From: Anaerosomatales bacterium
Lineage (GTDB): Bacteria > Actinomycetota > Coriobacteriia > Anaerosomatales > SLCP01
Assembly (NCBI GenBank): GCA_029210645.1
Contig: JARGFT010000007.1
Coordinates: 55,297-119,296, forward strand
DNA: 64,000 nucleotides
Direction: 5' to 3'
Below, piece after piece: positions 25,627-35,000 of this stretch; the stretch's first letter is position 1; each line of letters begins with the position of its first letter. A program made the translations under genes and the position numbers. The notes below the pieces were generated by a model, which was given only the letters and a program-made list of their open reading frames with translations, made no database searches and had not been told where the DNA came from.

Positions 25627-25646
25627 AACCTCCGTCTCTACCACCT

Positions 25647-27413
25647 TTAGTCGGCCGAAAGGTGCACTTCCTTGAGCTGTCTGGCCGAAACCGCGTCGGG
25701 CGCTCCGGTCAGGGGACACGCACCCGAACTGGTCTTCGGAAATGCGATCACGTCACGGATCGACGTGCCGCCGGTCAGCACCATCACGAGACGGTCGAAG
25801 CCGAACGCGATCCCGCCGTGGGGCGGAGCGCCGTGCGCAAGCGCGTCGAGCAGGAAGCCAAACTTGTCTGCCGCCTCCTCCGCACCGATACCCATGATGC
25901 CGAGCAGCCGTTCCTGCAGCGCCCGATCGTGCACTCTGAGAGTGCCTCCCCCGATCTCCAGCCCGTTGATGACCAGGTCGTAGGAGAACGACAGAGCGCT
26001 GCCCGGGTCGGTGTCGAGTAGGTCGAGGTGGTCGTCGAACGGACGCGTGAACGGGTGGTGTACCGCGGTCCACCGCTTATCGTCCTCGTCCCACTTGAGC
26101 AGCGGGAAGTCGACAACCCACAGGGGATGCAGCCCCTCGGTGAGCAGACCGAGCTCGGCGCCGAGGTGGGTCCTGAGCACGCCGAGTACCTCGTTGGCCA
26201 CATCGTGCGCGTCGGCCACCATCAACACGAGGTCGCCGGGCTCGACCGCGAGCGTATCGCGCACGCCGGCCATCTCGTCTTCGGTGAAGAACTTGGCTAC
26301 CGGTGAGCGGACCTCTCCGTCGCTGGTGAACGCCACCCACGCAAGCCCCTTGGCCCCCGCGTCGATGGCGATCTGGTTCAGCGCATCGATCTTGCCCCGG
26401 CTCCAGTCGCCGCAGCCCTGTGCGTTGATGCCCTTGACGCGTCCGCCCGATGCGAGAGCTCCGGCAAAGACCTTGAACTCCGAGGCAGAGAAGACCGAGC
26501 TCAGGCAGGCGAGCTCCATGCTGAAGCGGGTGTCCGGACGGTCGGAGCCGTAGCGATCCATCGCCTCGGCGTACGTCATCCGTGGAATCTCGGAGGGCCA
26601 AGGCGCGTCCACACCCTCCATGACCTCGGCCATGACCTCCTCCATCAGGCCGAGGACGTGCTCCTGCGTGCAGAAGGACATCTCGATGTCGACCTGCGTG
26701 AACTCAGGCTGGCGATCGGCGCGCAGGTCCTCGTCGCGGAAGCAGCGTGCGATCTGGTAGTAGCGGTCCACCCCGGCGACCATGAGCAGCTGCTTGAAGA
26801 GCTGCGGCGACTGCGGGAGCGCGTAGAACTTGCCCGGATTCATGCGGCTGGGGACGATGAAGTCCCGCGCGCCCTCGGGCGTGGACTTGGTCAGTATCGG
26901 CGTTTCCACCTCGATGAAGCCGCGGTCCTCGAGTGCGCGCCGGAAGCTCTGGGTCACGCGGTCACGCATCAGGAGCGCGCCCAGCATCTCGGGACGGCGG
27001 ATGTCGATGTAGCGGTAGCGCATGCGGGTGGTCTCGTCGGTCTCGATCCCGTCCTCGACCTCGAACGGAGGTGTCAATGCTGCATTGAGCACATTGACCG
27101 AGGAGACCACGACCTCGACGGCGCCCGTGGGCATGTCGGGGTTCTCGGTCCCCTCCGGACGCGTGCGGACCTCGCCGGCAAGCTCCAAGACCCACTCGGG
27201 GCGCAGCCGCTCGGCCGTTGCGAACGCCTCTGCGACCTCAGGGTTGAAGGTGCACTGCACGATGCCGGAGCGGTCGCGCAGGTCCACGAAGATGAGTCCT
27301 CCGTGGTCGCGGCGGCGATGCACCCAGCCGGCAAGCGTCACCGCGACTCCCGCGTCGGGCGCTCCAAGCGAGCCGCAGGTGTGGGTCCTGATGGAGTGTC
27401 GTGCGTCGAGCAT
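25647..27413 (-). CDS. aspS: Aspartate--tRNA ligase
   Basis: 588 aa. HRRRDHGGLIFVDLRD, FYALPQSPQLFKQ, QIARCFRDEDLRADRQPEFTQ, GGIAFGFDRL. Confidence 0.95.
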   Translation of the reverse strand: MLDARHSIRTHTCGSLGAPDAGVAVTLAGWVHRRRDHGGLIFVDLRDRSGIVQCTFNPEVAEAFATAERLRPEWVLELAGEVRTRPEGTENPDMPTGAVEVVVSSVNVLNAALTPPFEVEDGIETDETTRMRYRYIDIRRPEMLGALLMRDRVTQSFRRALEDRGFIEVETPILTKSTPEGARDFIVPSRMNPGKFYALPQSPQLFKQLLMVAGVDRYYQIARCFRDEDLRADRQPEFTQVDIEMSFCTQEHVLGLMEEVMAEVMEGVDAPWPSEIPRMTYAEAMDRYGSDRPDTRFSMELACLSSVFSASEFKVFAGALASGGRVKGINAQGCGDWSRGKIDALNQIAIDAGAKGLAWVAFTSDGEVRSPVAKFFTEDEMAGVRDTLAVEPGDLVLMVADAHDVANEVLGVLRTHLGAELGLLTEGLHPLWVVDFPLLKWDEDDKRWTAVHHPFTRPFDDHLDLLDTDPGSALSFSYDLVINGLEIGGGTLRVHDRALQERLLGIMGIGAEEAADKFGFLLDALAHGAPPHGGIAFGFDRLVMVLTGGTSIRDVIAFPKTSSGACPLTGAPDAVSARQLKEVHLSAD

Positions 27414-27428
27414 GCGTGTGCCGCCTTC

Positions 27429-28700
27429 CTAGCCGAGCAACCGTCGCACCGCACCCGCCACATCGGCGAGCGCGACGCGCGTTTCTTCCTTGGTTCCCAT
27501 GTCGCGCAGCGTGACCTCGCCTGCGGCAAGCTCGTCGGGTCCGACGATCACGACCAGGCGAGCGCCGAGCTTGTCGGCCTGCTTGAACTGCGACTTGAGC
27601 GAGCGCCCGACGTGGTCGAGCTCCGCTGCAACTCCAGCGTCGCGCAGCGCACTTGCCACCGCGAACGCCTCGCCTGCCACCGTGGCATCCACGCGCGCCA
27701 CGTACACCTCGGCAAGCAGTGGTGCCGGCACCTCTGCCCCGGCGGCTTCCATCGCAAGCAGCGTGCGCTCGAAGCCCAGCGCAAACCCGAGTCCGGGAGT
27801 CGGCTTGCCGCCGTAGGCCTCCATGAGACGGTCGTAACGTCCTCCGCCGCCGATGGCGTTCTGCGAGCCAAGACCCGCATCGGCCTGTACTTCGAAGACG
27901 GTGCGGGTGTAGTAGTCGAGCCCACGGACGAGCTTGGGCTCTTCGGTATAGGGGATGCCGAGCTCGTCCAGGCGTGTCTTCACCTCGGCGTAGTGCGCTG
28001 CGCACGGCTCACACAGCTCGTCGCGCAGGAGCGGGGCTTCCGCCATCACGCCTGCGCACGCGGGATTCTTGCAGTCGAAGGCGCGCAGCGGGTTGGTGTC
28101 CGCTCGCCGGTTGCACTCGCCGCACAGGTCCCCGGCGCGCGAGCGGATGTAGCCGGCGACCTTCTCGCGGTACGCCGGCCTGCACGCCTCATCGCCCATC
28201 GAGTTGACCAGCAAACGCATGTTGCTCGCGGGGATGCCGACTGCCTCGTAGAAGCGCCAGAGCGCGACGATGACCTCGGCGTCGGCGCTCGGCTCGGCCG
28301 CACCGAGGATCTCGATGCCGATCTGCCAGAACTGGCGCATGCGCCCCTTCTGCGGGCGCTCGTAGCGGAACATCGGGCCGGCGTAGTAGAGCTTGATCGA
28401 CGATCCCTGCGGCACGAGAGTGTGCTCGAGCGCCGAGCGGACCACACTTGCGGTACCCTCCGGCCGCAGCGTGAGACTGCGCCCCGAGCGGTCCTCGAAG
28501 GTGTACATCTCCTTGCTGACGATGTCCGTGGCCTCGCCGATACCGCGCGTGAACACCTCGGTGTGTTCGAATAGCGGGGTGTATACGGGCTCGTAGCCGT
28601 AGCGCGCGAACATCTCCTGCGCGGTCCGGGTCAGGTACTCCCACGCACGTGCAGTGGCGGGCAGCATGTCGGTGGTGCCTTTGGGCGCGCGCGCGTTCAT
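27429..28700 (-). CDS. hisS: Histidine--tRNA ligase
   Basis: PKGTTDMLP, LRPEGTA, MFRYERPQKGRMRQFWQ, GGGRYD, C-terminal anticodon-binding domain. Internal ATG at 28700 preferred. Confidence 0.9.
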   Translation of the reverse strand: MNARAPKGTTDMLPATARAWEYLTRTAQEMFARYGYEPVYTPLFEHTEVFTRGIGEATDIVSKEMYTFEDRSGRSLTLRPEGTASVVRSALEHTLVPQGSSIKLYYAGPMFRYERPQKGRMRQFWQIGIEILGAAEPSADAEVIVALWRFYEAVGIPASNMRLLVNSMGDEACRPAYREKVAGYIRSRAGDLCGECNRRADTNPLRAFDCKNPACAGVMAEAPLLRDELCEPCAAHYAEVKTRLDELGIPYTEEPKLVRGLDYYTRTVFEVQADAGLGSQNAIGGGGRYDRLMEAYGGKPTPGLGFALGFERTLLAMEAAGAEVPAPLLAEVYVARVDATVAGEAFAVASALRDAGVAAELDHVGRSLKSQFKQADKLGARLVVIVGPDELAAGEVTLRDMGTKEETRVALADVAGAVRRLLG

Positions 28701-28796
28701 CGGGGCGAACTCCACCGTCCTCGGATCCGGGGATTGTGCGGGCTTACGATTATGCAGGAAGCGCGCGACGATGACCACGCGGCCAGCCCGCTACGC

Positions 28797-29183
28797 TCAG
28801 GCGACCGCCCGGCCAAACAGGATCCCTCCGAGTGCGCCCGTGATCGCAGCAAGACCGGACAGCCCGAGATAGAGCGCCGCCGTCGCGATGCTGCCACGCA
28901 ACATCAGGTTTGCCGCTTCCAGCGAGAGTGCCGAGAACGTTGTGTAGCCGCCGAGCAGCCCGACGCCCAACAGCGGCCGCCACCATCCGGGCCAGCCGTG
29001 TCGGGAAGCGATCACGAGAAGCAACCCGAGCGCGAACGCTCCCGTGACGTTGACGAGCAGGGTGTGCCATGGGATACCGCCCTCGCCTGACGGTCCAACC
29101 AGGCGCCCTACGCTGTGCCGGGCGACGGCTCCCGCCGCGCCACCAGCCGCAATCAGGAGTATGTCGCGGGTGTGCTCGGTCAT
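28797..29183 (-). CDS. crcB: Fluoride channel CrcB/FluC (single copy)
   Basis: GGAAGAVARH, HTLLVNVTGAFALG, GLLGGYTTFSA. Internal ATG at 29183, 2 nt after the upstream stop. Confidence 0.8.
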   Translation of the reverse strand: MTEHTRDILLIAAGGAAGAVARHSVGRLVGPSGEGGIPWHTLLVNVTGAFALGLLLVIASRHGWPGWWRPLLGVGLLGGYTTFSALSLEAANLMLRGSIATAALYLGLSGLAAITGALGGILFGRAVA

Positions 29184-29185
29184 CG

Positions 29186-29806
29186 CTACGCTCGCGGGAA
29201 GAAGGGGTTGATGCGGCGCTCCCGCCCGATCGTCGTGTCGGGACCGTGACCCGGGTGCACGGCGGTGTCGTCGGGCAGCGGGGCGATCCATGATGCGATC
29301 GAATCGCGCAAGGCCCGTCCATCGCCGCGCGGGAAGTCCGTCCTGCCGACGCTGCCTGCGAACAGTGTGTCCCCGCTGAAGAGGTGGCCGGGAGTGTAGA
29401 GGCAGATGCCACCGGGGGTGTGGCCCGGCGTGTGCAGGACCTCAAGAGCAAGGCTCCCCGCTTCCACGACGTCACCAGCCACAAGCACGCGGTCCGTCTC
29501 GGGTGCCACATGGTCGAAACCGAAGAGCGCTCCTCCGGTACCTTCGGGGTGAGTAATGAAGGGGGCATCGGCCTCGTGAACCATCAGCGGTGCTCCGGTC
29601 GCCTCGAGAAGTGCAGCCGCACCGGCGAGGTGGTCGAAGTGGCAGTGGGTCAGAACGACCGCAGCCACGCGCGTGCCCGCCAGCGCATCGAGCACCGCGC
29701 CTGCGTCGTCGGCCGGATCGATCACTACCGCCGGCCCATCCGCACCGTCAGCTGCGATCCAGCAGTTCGTGTCGAGCGGGCCCAGCACCACTCGCTGCGC
29801 CCTCAT
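29186..29806 (-). CDS. MBL-fold metallo-hydrolase (glyoxalase-II-like)
   Basis: THCHFDHLAG, HTPGHTPG, GDTLFAGSVGRTD. ATG 29806 overlaps the relA stop (ATGA). Same position as the MBL gene between relA and hisS in mycobacteria. Confidence 0.85.
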   Translation of the reverse strand: MRAQRVVLGPLDTNCWIAADGADGPAVVIDPADDAGAVLDALAGTRVAAVVLTHCHFDHLAGAAALLEATGAPLMVHEADAPFITHPEGTGGALFGFDHVAPETDRVLVAGDVVEAGSLALEVLHTPGHTPGGICLYTPGHLFSGDTLFAGSVGRTDFPRGDGRALRDSIASWIAPLPDDTAVHPGHGPDTTIGRERRINPFFPRA

Positions 29807-32022
29807 CGGTGACGCTCCTTGCGCTTCTGGCTCGCCTCTCCCGGCAGCGCACGCGCCACTTCGAAGACGCCGTCGATGGCGCGAGCCCCGCTGATGATCG
29901 ACTTGAGCTGGTCCATGTTGCCGAGCTCGAAGAGGAATCGCATCGTCGAGATGCCCCCGCGATCGGTCGAGACATGTGCGGACAGCACGTTCACTCCCGC
30001 CTCGGCCAGCGTCGAGGACACCTCCTGCAACAGGCGCATCCGGTCGACTGCCTCGATGACGATCTCGACCTGGTACGTGGTCTCCGAGCCCTTGTCCCAC
30101 TCCACGTCGATGATGCGCTCCGGCGTGCGCAACAGGTCTGCGGCGTTGGCACAGTCCCGTCGATGCACCGACACGCCGCGCCCGCGCGTGACGAACCCGA
30201 CGATGTCATCACCGGGCACCGGATTGCAGCAGCGCGCGAGGCGCACGAGAACGTCGTCGATGCCTTTGACCTTCACGCCTCCGCCCTGGCGACGGCGCTT
30301 GGAGCGGGGTGGCGTCATCGGCGTGGTGAGTGGGAGGGTCTCCGGCTCGGGCTCCGGCGCGGCCTTCGGTGTCTCGGCAGCCATGAGCTTGAGGAGCTTG
30401 CCGGCGATCTGTTTCGCGGAGACCTTGCCGGCGCCGATGTGCGCGAGCAGGTCGTCGGATTCCTGGAAGTTCATCTCGGAGGCAACGGCATCGAGTGCGC
30501 GGTTCGCCGCCGGCGAGCTCATGCCGAGGCCGTGCTTGCGCATCACCTTGACGAGCACGTCGCGACCGCGCTGCAGATCGTCCTCCCGGCTCGCCTTGCT
30601 GAAGTAGCTGCGTATCTTGCTACGTGCCGAGGAGGTCTTGACGATGTTGAGCCAGTCCCGGCTCGGCCAGGCATTCTTGTTGGTCATAATCTCGACACGG
30701 TCGCCCATGTTGAGCTCGTAGCCGAGCGGGACGATGGAGCCGTTCACCTTCGCGCCGACGCAGTGGTGGCCCACCTCGGTATGGATCGCGTAGGCGAAGT
30801 CGATCGGGGTCGAGCCGCGGCGCAGCGACCGGACGTCGCCCTTGGGCGTGAAGACGAAGACCTCGTCTTCGAACAGGTCGATCTTGAGCGCCTCCATGAA
30901 CTCGCGCGGATCCTTGAGTTCGGTCTGCCACTCCAGCATCTGCCGCAGCCATGCAAGGCGCTCGTCGAAGCTCTCTTCGCCGCGCCCGCCCTCTTTGTAG
31001 CGCCAGTGCGCTGCGATCCCGTACTCGGCGGTGCGGTGCATCTCCTCGGTCCGTATCTGGATCTCGAGGGGACGGCCCGCCGGCCCGATGACGGTGGTGT
31101 GGAGCGACTGATACATGTTGAACTTGGGCATCGCCACGTAGTCTTTGAAGCGCCCGGGCACCGGCTTCCAGATGCTGTGCACCGTGCCGAGCGCGCCGTA
31201 GACGTCCTTGACCGAGTCCACGATGACGCGCAGCGCGATGAGGTCGTAGATCTCGCTGAAGTCCTTACCCTTCTGCGACATCTTCTGGTAGATGCTGTAA
31301 AGGTGTTTCGGCCGCCCCGAGATCTCGGCCTCGACACCGATCTCACGAAGCTCACTCTGAAGCTGGTCGATGACCTGGGCCAGATACGCTTCACGAGCCG
31401 CTCTGCTCTCAGCCACCATCTTCTGCACCTGGTGGAACTTGCGCGGCTCGAGGTAGTAGAAGGCGAGGTCTTCGAGTTCCCACTTGATGCTCGAGATGCC
31501 GAGGCGATGCGCGAGCGGCGCATAGATCTCCATGGTCTCGATCGCCTTGTCGCGACGGCGCTCCGGCGGTAGGGCCGAGAGCGTACGCATGTTGTGGAGC
31601 CGGTCGGCGAGCTTGATGAGGATCACCCGGATGTCTTTAGCCATCGCGATGAGCATCTTGCGCAGGTTCTGGCTCTGTGCCTCGGAGAGCGTCTCGAACT
31701 CGATTCGGCCGAGTTTCGTGACACCGTCGACCAGCTCGGCAACCTCGTCCCCGAACCGCTCTCGCACCTCGGCCAGCTCGTGCGGCGAGTCCTCGACGAC
31801 ATCGTGCAGGAGCGCGGCCTTGAGCGTTGAGGTGTCGAGGTGCAGCTCGGCGAGGATGAGGCAGACCTCGATGGGATGCTTGACGAAGGGCTCGCCCGAC
31901 TTGCGCGCCTGGCCCTCGTGGGCCGCCACAGCGAAGTCGTACGCCTCGTCCAGACCGGTCAGATCGGCGTCAGGGTTGTACTCCCTGACCTGTGCTTCGA
32001 TCTGTTGGATGGTAGCTGGCAC
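29803..32022 (-). CDS. relA: Bifunctional (p)ppGpp synthetase/hydrolase (RelA/SpoT homolog)
   Basis: 739 aa. HD domain (HPIEV...LHDVVED), synthetase (RFKDYVAMPKFNMYQSLHTTV), TGS, ACT-like C-terminus. Confidence 0.95.
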   Translation of the reverse strand: MPATIQQIEAQVREYNPDADLTGLDEAYDFAVAAHEGQARKSGEPFVKHPIEVCLILAELHLDTSTLKAALLHDVVEDSPHELAEVRERFGDEVAELVDGVTKLGRIEFETLSEAQSQNLRKMLIAMAKDIRVILIKLADRLHNMRTLSALPPERRRDKAIETMEIYAPLAHRLGISSIKWELEDLAFYYLEPRKFHQVQKMVAESRAAREAYLAQVIDQLQSELREIGVEAEISGRPKHLYSIYQKMSQKGKDFSEIYDLIALRVIVDSVKDVYGALGTVHSIWKPVPGRFKDYVAMPKFNMYQSLHTTVIGPAGRPLEIQIRTEEMHRTAEYGIAAHWRYKEGGRGEESFDERLAWLRQMLEWQTELKDPREFMEALKIDLFEDEVFVFTPKGDVRSLRRGSTPIDFAYAIHTEVGHHCVGAKVNGSIVPLGYELNMGDRVEIMTNKNAWPSRDWLNIVKTSSARSKIRSYFSKASREDDLQRGRDVLVKVMRKHGLGMSSPAANRALDAVASEMNFQESDDLLAHIGAGKVSAKQIAGKLLKLMAAETPKAAPEPEPETLPLTTPMTPPRSKRRRQGGGVKVKGIDDVLVRLARCCNPVPGDDIVGFVTRGRGVSVHRRDCANAADLLRTPERIIDVEWDKGSETTYQVEIVIEAVDRMRLLQEVSSTLAEAGVNVLSAHVSTDRGGISTMRFLFELGNMDQLKSIISGARAIDGVFEVARALPGEASQKRKERHR

Positions 32023-32041
32023 CGGCGCTCTCTCCTCGCCC

Positions 32042-35000
32042 TTAGGCCTGTGATGGCAGGATAGGGCGGTTGAACCGGGCGAGCAACTGGGCGGGAGTCG
32101 CGCTGAGCACCCACTCGCGGAACTCCTCGAACTCCGCGATCTCCTCCAGCCCCTCTGCGTAGCGTACCGAGGAGGACAGCTCGACCTTACCGTTCGACTC
32201 GAGGACCGTCAGTCTCCGGTACGCCCCGTGCCCCTCGCCCTCCACAAGGCCCAGCTCTCTGAACACACCGATGCCGGCGGAGACACCGCGGTCGTTCATC
32301 GCCGAGGAGTGCCGCCGCGCCACCACGCGCTCGGCGAGCTCCGCATTGGTGATCTCGAATCCCGGACCCGCCGTCTGCTGCAGCTCCCTCAGTGCCCGGT
32401 AGAGCGCCGCCAGGTCCTCTCTCGAGGGCGCCACGCTTGCCAGCACCATCTCGTTGACCTTGCCGTCCCGCGGACCAAACAGCAGGTGGATGCGCGCCAG
32501 CGCGCCGTCGCGACCCGAACGACCACACATCTGGTTGAACTCGATGTCGTTGAAGGGCAGGTGGTAGAGGACGACGTGGCGGATGTCCGGGATGTTGACC
32601 CCCTCGCCGAACGCGCTCGTCGCAACGACGACGCTGACCTCACCGGCCCGAAACGCACGCTCGACCGCATTGCGTGCCGAGCGCGTCAGCCCGCCGTTGT
32701 AGAACGCGACGCGCATCGCGATAGCGGGCGACTTCTTGCGCAGCATGCGCGCGAGGCGGACCGACTGGTCGCGAGAGTTCACGTAGACGATGATCTTCTC
32801 GCCTCGCGAAGCGAGGGACGCGAGGTACGCATCCTTGTCGCCCAGACCGCGCCGGTCCTCGACCACAAGGTTCTCGCGCACCGTCGGGTCGGTCACCACC
32901 GAGGTGATCCCCAAGCTCTCGACGATCGCCGCGGCCGTCGCGTCGCCTGCGGTCGCGGTCACCGCAAGCACAGCCGGGTCACCGAGCGCCGCGAAGGTCT
33001 CGCCCAGGCGAGCGTACGCAGGCCGGTGCCCCGCCCGGGCGGTCCCGACGTGGTGTGCCTCATCGACCACGGCGAAGCGCACGCGACCCGACTCGGCGAA
33101 CCGGCCCGCGTGGAACGCGAGGAACTCCGGGGTGGTGAGCACGATGTCGACCCGACCGTCTGCTAGTCCGGCGAACGCGTCGTCGCGCACGGCGGGCGCG
33201 GACTCGCCGGTGAGCGTGCACACGCCGACGCCGACCCGGGCCATCACCTCTTCGAGGTGGAACGCCTGATCGGCGACGAGTGCCCGCAGCGGGAAGACGA
33301 AGACCGAGGCACCGCCCCCCTTGAGCGCGGTGCGTGCAGCGTGCAGGTGGAAGATGAGCGACTTGCCGCGCCCGGTCGCCATGACGGTCAGGCAGCGATG
33401 GCCGGCCGCCAGCTCATCGAGCGCGCGCTGCTGCGCGTCGTGCAACGTGCCCTCCCCGATGAACTCACGCACGAGCTCGCGGTCGAGGTCATGGTCGGAG
33501 AGCGCGACAAGCTCCTGCTTGCGGACCGCGATCGACTCCTCCTCAGCGACCGCGGTGGCATCCGCGCGGCGGGTCACGAGTACGTTCACGCCGTAGGAGC
33601 GTCCGCCCTCGCCCCCGGTCACGTCTGCGACCTCGACGTCGTACTCGACGCCCGCGTCGATCACCGGGGCGAGCGCTCCGGCCAGCCGGCGGTTGAAGAA
33701 GCCGACCTGTCCCCCGTGCGCCTCGTGCAGGGCGATCGCGTTGGCGTCGTGAGGGTTGTCGGGCTGCCGCACCACCCGCAACGGCGTGCCGGGCGAGAGC
33801 CGCGCGACAACGTCCTGCCGGCCCTCGAAGGTCACACCCGCAAGCTTGGTGTGGAAGTAGTCGGCCTCCTCGATGCCCGCGTACTCCTCGCGCGCGAGAA
33901 TCTCGTCGGCCCGTGCGAAAAGGTCCTCCACGAGCTCCTCGGCGGGCGAGTAACCCGCGTGCTCGTGGACGGCGACCTCCCGTACGAGCATCTGGACGCG
34001 CTTGCGGCCCCTCCACTCGTCGGCCTGCACCTCGAACGCGAGATCGACGGCCGCATCGCAGAGCGCGAGGCGCTCGATGTCGGGGCAGCGAAACGCGATC
34101 GCCGGGACGGAGTCGGCTCCGTCGTACGCCGCGAAGCGGAGGTGGTTCGAGGCCGCACCGACTCGCTCGCGGCCGGACATGAAGACCCCGGCCACGCTGA
34201 AGAGCGGCCGCGAATTACCTGCACCGAACGGCTCGAGCGCCGCGACCTCGGCCGCCAGGTCCAGACCGACGTCACCCAGTTCGATGTCGGCATCGACGAG
34301 ACGCTCGACAGTGAAGAGCTCGGCTGGAAGGCCGGCAAGATGGCCGAGGAACGCGCTCCTGAACTCGCCGATACGGTCGGCGGCGATGGTCAGGCCGACC
34401 GCCGCCGCGTGACCCCCGAACCGGACGAGCATCTCCGAGGTCGAAGAAACAGCGCGGTAGAGATCCACCGCTCCCACCGAGCGACCCGAACCCCTCGCCT
34501 CCCCGTCTTCGACGGTGAGCAGGATCACGGGTATCCCGAAGCGCTGCACGAGCCGGGAGGCAACGATGCCCTTCACGCCTTCGTGCCAGCCCTCCCCCGC
34601 CAAGACGAGGCCGCGGTCGCCCTCGGCATACTCGCGCTCGGCCAGCGCGAGCGCAGCCACGGTGAGGTCTTGCTCGACCGACTGCCGCATACGGTTGTGG
34701 AGGTCGAGTTCGCGCGCGAGCGCATCGGCTCGGACCGGGTCCTCAGTCATCAGCAGCTCGAGCGCGATCGCGGGGTCGGCCATGCGCCCTGCGGCGTTCA
34801 AACGCGGTGCGAGCTGGAATGCGACTGAGTCCGAGTCGGCGACGGGAAGCTTGGTCGAGGACACCGCGGCGAGAGCGGCAATCCCGGCCCTGGGTTCGCG
34901 GCGGACGCGGGCAAGGCCGTCGGCCACAAGCGCACGATTCTCGCCGAACAGTGGCACGATATCGGCGACGGTTCCCAGCATCGCGAGGTCGGTGAGTTCG

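Noticed and set aside
26658-28574. 638-aa plus-strand ORF
   Set aside because: It is antisense to aspS and hisS, both of which have unambiguous class II aaRS motifs.
29184-29185. Fluoride riboswitch upstream of crcB
   Set aside because: crcB starts 2 nt after the preceding MBL-hydrolase gene, so there is no room for a leader.
29590-31572. 660-aa plus-strand ORF
   Set aside because: It is antisense to relA/spoT, and the translation is low-complexity.
34959-34966. Isolated GCCGATAT (minus strand) inside recJ
   Set aside because: There is no matching -35 half, and it lies deep inside a coding region.
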